DNA of 64,000 nucleotides from Acidimicrobiia bacterium (GCA_036373995.1 DASUUP010000373.1:6488-70487); one strand, 5' to 3'; positions 27,424-37,733 are shown, counted from the first letter of the stretch. A program made the numbers and translations. Notes: generated from the letters alone by a model not told the origin.

Positions 27424-30400
27424 ACCCCGTTGGTACCACGACGCGATCATCTACGAGGCCCATGTGCGCGCCTTCCGCGACGAGAGTGGCGACGGCATCG
27501 GCGACTTCCGGGGCCTCACCACCAAGCTCGACTATCTGCGTGACCTCGGAGTCACGGCCCTTTGGCTGCTCCCCTTCTACCCGTCCCCGCTCCGTGACGA
27601 CGGCTATGACATCGCCGACTACAAGTCGATAAACCCCGCATACGGGACCATGCGCGACTTCCGCCGTTTGCTGCAGGCGGCCCACGACCGGGACATCAAG
27701 GTGATCACCGAGCTGGTGATCAACCACACCTCAGACCAGCACTTCTGGTTTCAAAGGGCCCGCAACTCATCGGAGGGCAGCCCAGAGCGCGACTTCTACG
27801 TCTGGTCCGATGACCCTGACCGGTACAAAGACGCCCGGATCATCTTCTCTGACACCGAGACCTCCAACTGGACCTGGGACCCAGTTGCCGGGGCGTACTA
27901 CTGGCATCGATTCTTCTCCCATCAGCCCGATCTCAACTTCGAGAACCCGGCGGTCCACGAAGCCGTCTTCGATGTCCTCGACTTCTGGCTCGACATGGGA
28001 GTAGACGGGCTCCGCCTCGACGCTGTGCCCTACCTCTATGAAGAGGAGGGGACCATGTGCGAGAACCTGGCACCGACCCATGAGTTCCTCAAGAAGCTCC
28101 GGGCTCGGTTGGACTCGCGGTACGAGGACCGTCTCTTCATCGCCGAGGCCAATCAGTGGCCCGAGGACGCGGTTGCCTACTTCGGCGATGGCGACGAGTG
28201 CCACATGTCGTTCCATTTCCCTCTGATGCCGCGTCTCTTCATGGCACTGCGAATGGAGAACCGCTTCCCGGTGATCGACATCCTCGACCAAACCCCTGAG
28301 GTTCCCGATGGGACGGCCTGGGCGATCTTCCTGCGGAACCATGACGAGCTGACACTGGAGATGGTCACCGACGAGGAGCGCGACTACATGTACCGGGTCT
28401 ACGGCCGTGACCCCAGGATGAGGATCAACCTCGGTATCCGTCGCCGTCTCGCCCCGCTGTTGGGCAACAACCGTCGCGAGATCGAGCTCCTGAACGCCCT
28501 GCTCCTCAGTCTGCCCGGCACCCCTGTGATCTACTACGGCGACGAGATCGGGATGGGCGACAACATCTATCTCGGTGATCGCAACGGGGTCCGAACCCCC
28601 ATGCAATGGTCCGGCGACCGCAATGCAGGGTTCTCCGAGGCCAACCCGCATAGTCTCTATCTCCCGGTGATCACCGATCCTCAGTATCACTTCGAGTCGG
28701 TGAATGTCGAGGTGCAGCGGGAGAACCCGAACTCACTTTGGTGGTGGATGAAGCGCTCACTCGCCCTGCGCAAGAGTCTCCCGGAGCTGTCGCAGGGCGC
28801 ATTCGAAATCGTCCCGAACGACAACCTGAAGGTCCTGGCTTTTCTCCGACGTCTCGACGACTCCGCCGTCCTCGTGGTGGCCAACCTCTCCCGCCACACC
28901 CAGCCGGTGACCGTGGAGCTGAACGACTTCGTGGGCGTCGAGCCCGTCGAGGTGCTGGGGCGGGCCCGCTTCCCCATAATCGGTGAAGGTCCCTACCACC
29001 TGACCCTGGGGCCGCACGACGTCTATTGGTACTCCCTCGCCCCGGAGTCCGAGGAGGTCGAGGATGGGCGTCCGCGCATCAGCCTCCGTGGAGACGACGC
29101 CGGCGCCGTCTGGCGGGCACGGGGACAATTGCAGCGGGCTCTCGCCTCCGACATCGGGCGGAGACGCTGGTTCCGCAGCAAGGCGCGCACCGTCCGGGAG
29201 ACCGAGCTCGTCGATCTCGTCGAGATGCCGGCGTCCGGGGCCCGTCTCGCCTTCCTCAGGATCGAGTACGTCGACGCCGAGGCGGAGACCTACGTCATGC
29301 CCCTGGCTCTGGCCCGGGGTGATGAGGCGGATCACATGCTCACCGAGCGGGGGGAGATCGTGATCGCCGACGTGAGCGGTCTGGAGGAGACTGCGGTCGT
29401 ATATGACGGCATGGGCCTTCCGGAGTTCGCCCATGAGTTGCTGCGCCTCGCATCGGGCAGGCGGAAGGTCGGCGGACGGCGGGCCACGCTCTTCTCCGTG
29501 CCGGTTCCCGGGTCTACCCGTCTCCGCACGATCGCCGGGGAAGAGCCGGTCAGGGCCGGGTCCGCGGAGCAGTCGAACACGTCGGTCTTCTTCGGCGATC
29601 AGCTGATGATGAAGCTGTTCCGCAAACTGGAGGCGGGGTCGAACCCGGAGGTGGAGGTGGGCCGCCACCTGACCGAGGTGCGACGCTTCGAGCACACTCC
29701 CCGGAGCCGGGGCCTGGTGATGGCCGAAGTCGATGGTGAGGAGTCGGTGCTCGGGTTCTTTCAGGACTACGTGCCCGGCCACCACGATCTCCTCGAGCAC
29801 ACATTCGATGGTGTGGTGCTCGCCCTGGAGACGATTCTGGCGTCCAAAGGAGGACGTGGTGTCCCGGCGAGGGTTAAACATCCCCTCGACGTAACCGCTG
29901 CCGAGCTGGACGGCGCGGCCGAGCTGATCGGCGCCCACCTGGCCGAGGCGTCGCTGCTCGGCCAGCGCACTGGCGAGCTACACCTCCATCTCGCGGCCGA
30001 CCCGACCGACCCCGTGTTTGCCCCCGAGCCGATGTCGACACTGCAACAGCGTTCGGTCTATCAAGCGATCAGATCTGCGGTTCGCACCAGCCTCGCCCTG
30101 TTGCGTCGAAGACGATCCAAGCTGGACACCGGCGACGGTGATCTGATCGACCGGGCAGTGGCGTCGGAGGCGGAGCTGCTGGACAAGCTCAAGACCATCA
30201 TGGCCGAGCGGATCGAATGCGACCGCATCCGCATTCATGGTGACTATCACCTCGGGCAGGTGCTGTTCACCGGCAACGACTTCTACATCATCGACTTCGA
30301 AGGAGAGCCTCAGCGACCGCTGAGCCAGCGCCGTCTGAAACGGTTGGCTCTGCGCGACGTGGCGGGGATGATCCGCTCGTATCACTACGCCGTCGTCATG

Positions 30401-30697
30401 GCGATGAGGCAAGTCGCCGAGAGCGGGATCGACGAGGAAGCTCGGATGGTCCTCGAGCAGTGGACGGAGACCATCCACAGCTTTCTGTCGGCGGCCTTTC
30501 TCGAGGGCTACCGGAAGGCCGTCGGCGGCTCCAGCATCGTTCCCGACGAACCCCGCCACTTCCGACTCCTGCTCGACGCATTGATCGTCGAGAAAGCAGC
30601 GTATGAGCTTGAGTACGAGGTCAACAACCGTCCCGACTGGGTCAGCATCCCGCTCCACGGGATCTTGAGTGTCCTCGAGTCGAGTCAGGTGCGGTAG
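27365..30697 (+). CDS. treS: trehalose synthase / maltokinase fusion protein (TreS-Mak/Pep2)
   Basis: 1110 aa; N-terminal GH13 TreS region (WYHDAIIYEAHVRAF...LDAVPYLYEEEG...FLRNHDELTLEMV), C-terminal ~450 aa maltokinase region (…FGDQLMMKLFRKLE…IHGDYHLGQVLF…DFYIIDFEGEP); start uncertain (ATG 27365 overlaps glgE by 59 nt; TTG 27407 alternative). Confidence 0.8.
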   Translation: MCSPCRARSRQRRVLTTTSEPRWYHDAIIYEAHVRAFRDESGDGIGDFRGLTTKLDYLRDLGVTALWLLPFYPSPLRDDGYDIADYKSINPAYGTMRDFRRLLQAAHDRDIKVITELVINHTSDQHFWFQRARNSSEGSPERDFYVWSDDPDRYKDARIIFSDTETSNWTWDPVAGAYYWHRFFSHQPDLNFENPAVHEAVFDVLDFWLDMGVDGLRLDAVPYLYEEEGTMCENLAPTHEFLKKLRARLDSRYEDRLFIAEANQWPEDAVAYFGDGDECHMSFHFPLMPRLFMALRMENRFPVIDILDQTPEVPDGTAWAIFLRNHDELTLEMVTDEERDYMYRVYGRDPRMRINLGIRRRLAPLLGNNRREIELLNALLLSLPGTPVIYYGDEIGMGDNIYLGDRNGVRTPMQWSGDRNAGFSEANPHSLYLPVITDPQYHFESVNVEVQRENPNSLWWWMKRSLALRKSLPELSQGAFEIVPNDNLKVLAFLRRLDDSAVLVVANLSRHTQPVTVELNDFVGVEPVEVLGRARFPIIGEGPYHLTLGPHDVYWYSLAPESEEVEDGRPRISLRGDDAGAVWRARGQLQRALASDIGRRRWFRSKARTVRETELVDLVEMPASGARLAFLRIEYVDAEAETYVMPLALARGDEADHMLTERGEIVIADVSGLEETAVVYDGMGLPEFAHELLRLASGRRKVGGRRATLFSVPVPGSTRLRTIAGEEPVRAGSAEQSNTSVFFGDQLMMKLFRKLEAGSNPEVEVGRHLTEVRRFEHTPRSRGLVMAEVDGEESVLGFFQDYVPGHHDLLEHTFDGVVLALETILASKGGRGVPARVKHPLDVTAAELDGAAELIGAHLAEASLLGQRTGELHLHLAADPTDPVFAPEPMSTLQQRSVYQAIRSAVRTSLALLRRRRSKLDTGDGDLIDRAVASEAELLDKLKTIMAERIECDRIRIHGDYHLGQVLFTGNDFYIIDFEGEPQRPLSQRRLKRLALRDVAGMIRSYHYAVVMAMRQVAESGIDEEARMVLEQWTETIHSFLSAAFLEGYRKAVGGSSIVPDEPRHFRLLLDALIVEKAAYELEYEVNNRPDWVSIPLHGILSVLESSQVR

Positions 30698-32646
30698 ACG
30701 CGTTCGCCATACTCCCGCAGCATTCGAGCCGAAGTGACCCGCGGGCCCAGCGAGACCCACGAGTGCCTCACACGGCCCAGGAATATCGAGGGGGACTCGT
30801 GGTATTCGGCGGCGATGCCGGCGATCGTCTCCAGCATCGACGTGGCCTCTTCGAGGTCTCGGGTCTCGTCATCGGTAGCCGGGCTGGGTGTGATCTCCCA
30901 ACCATTGCGACCGTCGTACATCTCTGCCCACCATCCGTCCAGGATCGAGCAGTTCAAGGACCCGTTCAGGACGGCCTTCTCGCCGCTGGTTCCAGACGCC
31001 TCGCGGGGCCGAATCGGGTTGTTCAGCCAGATGTCTGTGCCCTGCACCATCGCCAAAGCGATATCCATCTCGTAGTCAGGGATGAATGTGAGCCGGCCGT
31101 TGCAGAGGTCGACGCCGGTGGCCTCGATGAGGGCTGCCACCAGGCCCTTGCCGGTCTGATCCGACGGGTGGGCCTTCCCGGCGAAAACGAAGTGAACGGG
31201 CCGATGGTCGTCGTGCATGATCCCTTCCAGGAGATCGGGCCGCTTCAGGAACAACGACGCCCTCTTGTATGGGGCGAAACGACGAGCGAATCCGATGATG
31301 AGGGCATCGGGATCGATGGTCTCGCCCGTCTTGTCGGCGACCAGGTCTGCCAGCACTCGTGACGACTGGCCCCGGTTGGCCGCCAGGGTCTCGTCATCGA
31401 TCGCGGTCACACGCTCCCAGGCAGATTGGTCACCGTCCGACCACGTCGCGCCGGCTGTCTCGTCGAGGAGAGTCTGGGTGTGGGGGGCGGTCCAGGTGCG
31501 GGCATGGACTCCGTTGGTCACGAAGCCGATGTCGTCGCCGATTCCCACGCCTGCGAACAGTTTGCGACTGACCTGACCGTGCAGCTCGGAGACTCCGTTC
31601 GCAGTCCGGGCACTGCGAAGGCATAGGGCAGCCATGTTGAACATGGTGTCGTCGTCTGGATCCGCCCCAAGGCTCCACAGGTCGTCGACCGGCACGTCCC
31701 AGCGCTCGGCCCAAACCTCGAGATAGGGACGGCAGATGTCGGAATGGAATCGGTCGATACCGGCCGGTACCGGTGTGTGGGTGGTGAAGACCAGTCCCTG
31801 GCGCACCTGGGCCCGGGCGTCCTCGAGCGGGGTGGTGCCGTTGATGCGGTCTATGAGCTCGAGAACGATGAACCCTGCGTGACCCTCGTTGAGGTGATGG
31901 AGCGCGATGTCCCAGCCCATCGCGGCCAGTGCCCGGGCTCCGCCTACGCCGAGCACCATCTCCTGCTCCAGCCGGTGGGCCCGGTCGCCGGCATAGAGGC
32001 GGTCGGTGATGCGGCGATCGTGATCCGAGTTACGGTCGATGTTTGTGTCGAGGAGCAGCAGCGGGACCCGTCCCACGTCGATGCGCCACACCTTCGCTGC
32101 GACGTCACGGCCCGGGAACGGGATCTCCACAGTGAACCCGGTGTCGACGGCACCGACTTCGAGAGGGTCGATCGTGTGATACCTCTCGGTCTGGCGACCG
32201 TCTTCGATGATCTGGCGGAAGACGCCTTCGGAGTAGAAGAGGCCGACACCGGCCATGGGGGTGGCCAGGTCGCTGGCGGTCTTGAGGTGATCCCCGGCCA
32301 GGACTCCGAGGCCGCCGGCATATTGGGGGAGCAGGGCGCTCAACCCGAACTCGGGAGAGCAGTAGGCGATCGAAGGCTCGGTGGGAGTCTCGAGAGATAC
32401 CTCGAGCTCGGCGAGCGCAGATTGAAGGTTGTCGACGAACCGCTGGTCGGCCGCCAGGGCGGCGATGTGGTCGTCGGAGAGACTGCCGACCAGGGCCACC
32501 GGATGGCTCATCCCGTCGTTACCGGGAAGCCGGTTGAGCAAGTCTCGGGTCGACGCCGACCAGGTCCATCGGTAGTTGCCGGCCAGCCGCCGCAGACCGA
32601 ATCGAATTGCTTCGGAATTCAAAGGAAACACTCCTGTACGCGACAA
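30685..32646 (-). CDS. glgP: alpha-glucan phosphorylase (GT35, GlgP family)
   Basis: 653 aa; DUF3417-like N-terminus and phosphorylase core (…HLNEGHAGF…, PLP region …GEKAVLNGSLNCSILDGWW); 13-nt convergent overlap with treS-mak 3' end. Confidence 0.85.
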   Translation of the reverse strand: MSRTGVFPLNSEAIRFGLRRLAGNYRWTWSASTRDLLNRLPGNDGMSHPVALVGSLSDDHIAALAADQRFVDNLQSALAELEVSLETPTEPSIAYCSPEFGLSALLPQYAGGLGVLAGDHLKTASDLATPMAGVGLFYSEGVFRQIIEDGRQTERYHTIDPLEVGAVDTGFTVEIPFPGRDVAAKVWRIDVGRVPLLLLDTNIDRNSDHDRRITDRLYAGDRAHRLEQEMVLGVGGARALAAMGWDIALHHLNEGHAGFIVLELIDRINGTTPLEDARAQVRQGLVFTTHTPVPAGIDRFHSDICRPYLEVWAERWDVPVDDLWSLGADPDDDTMFNMAALCLRSARTANGVSELHGQVSRKLFAGVGIGDDIGFVTNGVHARTWTAPHTQTLLDETAGATWSDGDQSAWERVTAIDDETLAANRGQSSRVLADLVADKTGETIDPDALIIGFARRFAPYKRASLFLKRPDLLEGIMHDDHRPVHFVFAGKAHPSDQTGKGLVAALIEATGVDLCNGRLTFIPDYEMDIALAMVQGTDIWLNNPIRPREASGTSGEKAVLNGSLNCSILDGWWAEMYDGRNGWEITPSPATDDETRDLEEATSMLETIAGIAAEYHESPSIFLGRVRHSWVSLGPRVTSARMLREYGERVYRT

Positions 32647-32721
32647 GAGCCTTCGATCCCACTCCCTCGAAGGCCGGCCCCGAGTCTAGGCAGAAGCCCG
32701 GGAAAGCATCTTCGACGTCAG

Positions 32722-32792
32722 ACGTCCTCGTGTTGCCCGGGGGCACAGCGTTGCGCTGAGCGCCACGCCGCGCACTCGCGTGTGGGCACAAG
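32722..32792. repeat. REP-like palindromic element copy B (degenerate) between glgP and DUF559 gene
   Basis: CGTCCTCGTGTTGCCCGGGGGCACAGCGTTGCGCTGAGCG... aligns with copy A. Confidence 0.5.
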
Positions 32793-32831
32793 GAGGTTGA
32801 AGACGCCCCCGGACCCGCGCAAGCTCGGGGT

Positions 32832-33755
32832 GTGGGGGACATGAGACGGGTCAACGAGGTCGCCAGCCATCAGTACGGAGTGTTCAACAGGCTGCAGCTG
32901 CGGGAGGCCGGATTCGATCGATTCGCGGTCGGGCGGCGGGTCGAGTCCGGCGAGTGGATTCGGATGTGTCCGAATGTGTTCGCGCTGGCGTCCGCACCGC
33001 CGAAGTGGGAGCGTCAGATGGCTGCGGCGGTTCTCAGCCGGCCGGAGGCTTGCGTGGCGGGCCGGTCCGCCGCGTATCTGCTCGGATTGCGAGGCTTCGG
33101 AAAGGGACGTCCGGCCGTGGTCGTTCCGCCCAACGCGAACACCCGCTTGACGATCGGTCGAGTCATCCGGTCGAAACACTTCTCGGTTCTGGCGACCGAG
33201 ACAGTCGCCGGGTTTCAGGTGACGTCGACCGCGGAGACGCTGATGATGCTGGCTCGCGACCTTTCCGCACAACGGCTCGAGGCCTGCTTGGAGGATGCCC
33301 TCCTTGCGGGCAAGGTGACGGTGCCCGAACTCAGGACGGTCCTGGCTCGGGAGGATGGTGCACCAGGCACAGCGATGCTGGGACAACTCGTCATCGAGCA
33401 TTCCGAAGACGCACCGACACCAGACTCCACCTATCTAGAGGCCCTGCTAGAGCGCCTGCTGCGAAGAGCGAAGATCCCTGTCTGGCACCGTGAATTTCCC
33501 TTCTCGATCGGTGGCGCTCCGGCTCGAGTCGACGTATTCATCCCGGATTGGGACCTCGTCATCGAGGCGGACGGTCGACCGTGGCACGGACGGATGCGAG
33601 ACCAGGAGGCTGACAAGAGACGTGACGGCGAGCTCGCCGCTCGGGGGATCCAGGTGATCAGGCTCACGTACTCCATGTTGACCGAGGAGCCGCATGAGTG
33701 CTTGCGCGTCATACGTGAAGCCGGACGTCATCGGAGTGCAGGGCGTAGCGGATAG
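32832..33755 (+). CDS. DUF559 (Vsr/endonuclease-like fold) domain protein with AbiEi-like N-terminal region
   Basis: 307 aa; C-terminal ...DLVIEADGRPWHG...KRRDGELAARGIQVIRLTY typical of DUF559; GTG 32832/ATG 32841 start. Confidence 0.55.
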   Translation: MGDMRRVNEVASHQYGVFNRLQLREAGFDRFAVGRRVESGEWIRMCPNVFALASAPPKWERQMAAAVLSRPEACVAGRSAAYLLGLRGFGKGRPAVVVPPNANTRLTIGRVIRSKHFSVLATETVAGFQVTSTAETLMMLARDLSAQRLEACLEDALLAGKVTVPELRTVLAREDGAPGTAMLGQLVIEHSEDAPTPDSTYLEALLERLLRRAKIPVWHREFPFSIGGAPARVDVFIPDWDLVIEADGRPWHGRMRDQEADKRRDGELAARGIQVIRLTYSMLTEEPHECLRVIREAGRHRSAGRSG

Positions 33756-33788
33756 CGCAACGCTCTGCCCGCGGGCACAGCGAACCAA
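33756..33788. repeat. REP-like element copy C (half-copy: GCGCAACGCTCTGCCCGCGGGCACAGCGAACC)
   Basis: Matches right half of copy A; immediately after DUF559 stop. Confidence 0.5.
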
Positions 33789-33798
33789 CACCAGCCAA

Positions 33799-34875
33799 TC
33801 ACCCCACGAGCAGGGGGATCTTCAGTTCCTCGTCGCTGAGACCACCGTGGTAGCAGCGGAGACGTTTGTCGAAGCCACGGGGGAGGATGGCCTTGCCCGG
33901 CGGGGCGAGCAGGACCTTCTCGCCCAGACGGGAAGCGGCATCCGCAGAGATGTTGGGCCCCAGCAGCGGGACCGGATCGGCCAGCCGGCCCCCGTGGGAG
34001 TCGGCGAGATCGACCATCAGCGCGGGATCGCCCCAGAGTTGGACGCCGCGCGGGTCCCCTGCGAATCGGAGCGAGTCGAATCTCGGGTCCCGGATGAGGT
34101 GTTTGTCCTGCTCCGACACCTCCATCAGCCCGTGGTCGGCCGTGCCCACAACGGCAGCGCCGGGGGGTAGGCCGGATACGATCGCCTCCCAAACGCTGAC
34201 TGCCAGCTTCATCGCCTCGGCGAACTCATCCGATGCTTGGCCGAAGACGTGTCCGGCGAAGTCGACGAATGGCACGTACGTGAAAATGAGACGTCCCGGC
34301 TCGGCGGCCAGCGACACCGTGGCTTCGGCGAGATCAGCGGAGTCCCAGGCTCCCTCGAATCGCGCCCCTCGATACATCTCGCGGGTGAGCGGGGATGTCT
34401 GGAAGTCACCGGGTTGGACCGTGATCGGCTCGATCCCGGATGTCCGCATCCGCTCCCAGAGATTCGGGCGGGGCAGCAGGGAGGCATAGTCGTATGCAAC
34501 GTGATCTCCCCCGAGCGTCACCCACTTCAGCGTGTTGACCACCATTTCGAGATCCGGGTACCAGGTGAGGTGCGCCACCTGACCGTGTCGGGACGGGGAG
34601 AGACCGGTTGCCACCGTCGCCAGGGAGACATTGGTCATGGCTGGGAAAGGCGCATCCAACACCCCGGTCATGGCCGACCGGAACGCCCCTGCGTCGCCGT
34701 GGTCCAGTTGGCTCACCCCGAGGCCATCGAGAAGAACCAGCACATAACTGGACGCATTGGGGACGGGTGAAGGGTCAGACAAACCGGGAAACACCGAGGT
34801 CCCGGTCATTCTGACCTCGAGCTCCGCGACCAGGTTGACCAGGCCGGAACCGTCATAGGAAGGGGTGTTTTCCAT
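33799..34875 (-). CDS. alkaline phosphatase-superfamily protein (type I phosphodiesterase / nucleotide pyrophosphatase-like)
   Basis: Conserved metal-site blocks (VLVLLDGLG...; TADHGL...; FAGDPRG); start set at ATG 34875 (MENTPSYDG..) to avoid overlap with divergent nuoA2; track ORF extends to 34971. Confidence 0.55.
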   Translation of the reverse strand: MENTPSYDGSGLVNLVAELEVRMTGTSVFPGLSDPSPVPNASSYVLVLLDGLGVSQLDHGDAGAFRSAMTGVLDAPFPAMTNVSLATVATGLSPSRHGQVAHLTWYPDLEMVVNTLKWVTLGGDHVAYDYASLLPRPNLWERMRTSGIEPITVQPGDFQTSPLTREMYRGARFEGAWDSADLAEATVSLAAEPGRLIFTYVPFVDFAGHVFGQASDEFAEAMKLAVSVWEAIVSGLPPGAAVVGTADHGLMEVSEQDKHLIRDPRFDSLRFAGDPRGVQLWGDPALMVDLADSHGGRLADPVPLLGPNISADAASRLGEKVLLAPPGKAILPRGFDKRLRCYHGGLSDEELKIPLLVG

Positions 34876-34921
34876 GGCTGGCAGGCTAGGAGCCTGACTT
34901 CGACCTAACAGCCTCGTTGCG

Positions 34922-34927
34922 TATACT
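34922..34927 (+). promoter_or_regulatory. candidate -10 hexamer TATACT in divergent phosphodiesterase/nuoA2 intergenic region
   Basis: TTGCGTATACT 35-40 nt upstream of nuoA2 ATG; GTGAGG RBS at 34953-34958. Confidence 0.3.
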
Positions 34928-34961
34928 CGCCCGCGGTCAGTTCCCCCGGAACCTGTGAGGC

Positions 34962-35327
34962 ATGAGCCCATATTTTGAGAGCTACTTGACTGTCGGCGCC
35001 TTCTTGGCGCTTGGCGCCGTTTTGGTCCTGGTGATGCTCGGTGTCGCTTCAGTCCTCCGTCCGATAAAGCCGTCCAAGACCAAGCAGATGACCTACGAAT
35101 GCGGGGTCGACCCGGTGGGGACGGGATGGAGTCAGACCTACGTCCGCTACTACGTGTTCGGGCTGCTCTTCGTGATATTCGACGTCGAGGCCGTGTTCAT
35201 CTTTCCCTGGGCCATCGGAGTCGAAGAGCTCGCCTACTTCGGGCTGATCGAGATGGGCGTGTTCATAAGCATCCTCGTGCTTGGCCTTGTCTACGCAATC
35301 CGCAAAGGTGTGTTGCGATGGGACTGA
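34962..35327 (+). CDS. nuoA2: complex-I subunit A paralog (second cluster)
   Basis: 121 aa; [27 protein letters not shown] motif. Confidence 0.85.
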   Translation: MSPYFESYLTVGAFLALGAVLVLVMLGVASVLRPIKPSKTKQMTYECGVDPVGTGWSQTYVRYYVFGLLFVIFDVEAVFIFPWAIGVEELAYFGLIEMGVFISILVLGLVYAIRKGVLRWD

Positions 35328-35815
35328 TACAGAAGTTCGGTGCGCCCAAGCCGGTCTCTTGGCTCCTGAATTGGTCGCGGCAGTACTCGCTGTGGCTGTT
35401 CCAGTTCGGGCTGGCCTGTTGTGCCATCGAGTTGATGGCCGCATCCGGTCCCAGATACGACTTCATGCGGTTCGGCATCATCCCGCTCCCGGCATCTCCT
35501 CGACAGGCGGATCTGATGGTCGTCGCCGGCACCGTGACCGACAAGATGGCTCCGTCGATCAAGCGTCTCTACGACCAGATGCCCGAGCCGAAGTACGTCA
35601 TATCGATGGGGTCCTGCGCCAACTGCGGTGGCCCTTATTGGGACTCCTACTCGGTCACCAAGGGTGTCGACCAGATAATCCCCGTCGATGTCTACGTGCC
35701 CGGTTGCCCACCCCGACCCGAGGCCCTCCTGGAGGGCATCGTCCTGCTCCAGAAGCTCATCAAGAACGAAGACATGAAAGAGAAGTGGAACCGGCGTGAG
35801 CTCGAGCCCGTCTGA
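35318..35815 (+). CDS. nuoB2: complex-I subunit B paralog (N2 cluster ligands intact)
   Basis: ATG 35318 (MGLIQKFG..) overlapping nuoA2 end; [25 protein letters not shown]; track ORF 35099 over-extended. Confidence 0.85.
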   Translation: MGLIQKFGAPKPVSWLLNWSRQYSLWLFQFGLACCAIELMAASGPRYDFMRFGIIPLPASPRQADLMVVAGTVTDKMAPSIKRLYDQMPEPKYVISMGSCANCGGPYWDSYSVTKGVDQIIPVDVYVPGCPPRPEALLEGIVLLQKLIKNEDMKEKWNRRELEPV

Positions 35816-36392
35816 GACTGCCACACACCCGCTTCAGGAGTTCGCCGATCACGTCGCCGACGCTGTCGGCGGTACTGCCGAGATCCAGTTCGACACAATC
35901 AAGGTGCGTGTTCCGAACGACAGGTGGATCGAGGCTCATGCCAAGGCCCGCGACACTCTCGACCTGGTCTTCTTCTCCTGGCTGTCCGCCATCGACTGGT
36001 CCAATGAGGTAGAGGCCGGCGACCCTCTCGAAGAAGAGGTCGAGGAGCGAGTCGAACTGATGACGGCGCTGTCCGACCTGACCGAGGGCAGGCTGGTCGT
36101 CTTCTCGACCGACCTCCCCAGTGAGAACCCGACGATCCCGACGTTGGTGACGACCTTCGCGGGTGCCAACTGGCACGAGCGCGAGGCCTACGAGATGTTC
36201 GGCATCGAATTCGAAGGGCACCCGAATCTGATCCATCTCTACCTGCCTGACTCGTTCCAAGGCAATCCCCTGCGCAAGAGCTTCCCCCTGCTCAGCCGTG
36301 AGGTGAAGCCGTGGCCGGGCAAGGTCGACGTCGAAGCGATGCCGGAGAAGCCGTCACCCGATGAGCCGTCTACTGAGAATCCCGAAGCATGA
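35796..36392 (+). CDS. nuoC2: complex-I subunit C paralog with Pro/Glu-rich C-terminal tail
   Basis: 198 aa; [34 protein letters not shown]. Confidence 0.8.
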   Translation: MSSSPSETATHPLQEFADHVADAVGGTAEIQFDTIKVRVPNDRWIEAHAKARDTLDLVFFSWLSAIDWSNEVEAGDPLEEEVEERVELMTALSDLTEGRLVVFSTDLPSENPTIPTLVTTFAGANWHEREAYEMFGIEFEGHPNLIHLYLPDSFQGNPLRKSFPLLSREVKPWPGKVDVEAMPEKPSPDEPSTENPEA

Positions 36393-37582
36393 CGACCATC
36401 GACGCCGACGTCATCCGCCATCTGAGTGAGACCTCTGTCTCGGTCGAGATCGAGACCGAGGACATGACGCTCAACATCGGCCCGCAGCATCCGTCGACGC
36501 ATGGTGTGCTTCGGCTCGTGGCCCGTGTCGATGGCGAGCGCTGCTTCGACGTGCAGCCGGTGATCGGATACATGCACCGGGGCTACGAGAAGCTGTCCGA
36601 GGTCCGGTCTTATCCTCAGATCACCACGATCGTCAATCGCATCGACTGGGTCTCCGGCTATGCCAACGAGGTCCCTTTCATCGTGGCCGCCGAGAAGTTG
36701 ATGGAGCTGGAGGTGCCCGAGAGGGCGCAGTACATCAGGCTGATCCTCACCGAGATGGCCCGCATCGCATCCCACCTCGTCTTCAACGCCTCCTACCCGC
36801 TCGAGCTCGGTGCGGCCACGCCGCTCTTCTTCGCCTTGCGCGAGCGAGAGCGCGTCCTCGACCTCCTCGAGAGTGTCACCGGGGGCCGGTTCCACCCCAA
36901 CTTCAACCGGATCGGCGGTGTCAAACCGGCCTACGCCTCCGGCTCCAACACACGCAAGCTGACCCAGGATCTCCCCGCCGGGTTCCTCGCCGAGACTCAC
37001 ACCGCCATGGACAAGGTGTTGGAGGCGACCGAACAACTCGAAGACCTGGTGGCGGGCAATGAGATCATCCTCGCCCGCACCAGAGGTATCGGCGTGCTTC
37101 CCCCGGAGGTTGCCGCCGCCTACGGGGTGTCAGGCCCCAACATGCGCTCGTCGGGTGTCCCGTTCGATCTGCGCAAGAACCAGGACTATCTGCCGTACGA
37201 CCGGTTCGATTTCGATGTCATCACCGGCGAGAACGGCGACTGTTGGGATCGTTGGCATGTCCGGCTCCTCGAGATAAGGGAATCGGTCAAGATCATCCAG
37301 CAGGCCATCGACGGCATACCGTCCGGCGACCTGCAGGCCAAGGTCCCGAAGGTGATCAAGGTGCCTGCCGGTGAGACATACGTGAGGGCGGAGAACCCCA
37401 AGGGGGAGATGGGCTACTTCCTGGTGTCCGACGGCAAGTCCGGCCCCTATCGACTGAAGATCCGCTCGGCCAGCTTCTCCAACATCTCGGTGCTGCCCTG
37501 GATTCTGGAGGGTGCGCTAGTCCCCGACATCATCGCCATCATGGGCTCGCTCGATTTCGTTCTGGGGGATGTCGACCGATGA
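36389..37582 (+). CDS. nuoD2: complex-I subunit D paralog (no N-terminal extension)
   Basis: 397 aa; NIGPQHPSTHGVLRL; ...LVPDIIAIMGSLDFVLGDVDR. Confidence 0.85.
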   Translation: MTTIDADVIRHLSETSVSVEIETEDMTLNIGPQHPSTHGVLRLVARVDGERCFDVQPVIGYMHRGYEKLSEVRSYPQITTIVNRIDWVSGYANEVPFIVAAEKLMELEVPERAQYIRLILTEMARIASHLVFNASYPLELGAATPLFFALRERERVLDLLESVTGGRFHPNFNRIGGVKPAYASGSNTRKLTQDLPAGFLAETHTAMDKVLEATEQLEDLVAGNEIILARTRGIGVLPPEVAAAYGVSGPNMRSSGVPFDLRKNQDYLPYDRFDFDVITGENGDCWDRWHVRLLEIRESVKIIQQAIDGIPSGDLQAKVPKVIKVPAGETYVRAENPKGEMGYFLVSDGKSGPYRLKIRSASFSNISVLPWILEGALVPDIIAIMGSLDFVLGDVDR

Positions 37583-37733
37583 GAAAGACCGTGACACGAG
37601 GCGGAAGCTGCGCCCGACCGGCGTCTGTTTGCTCGGCGATCCTGGGTTGGCGCGGCATGCTGAGGCTGAAGCCCCCGCGATCTGGTATGCGGGTCTCTCT
37701 GGAGGCAATCGAGCAAAGTCGGGCGCCGTCATA

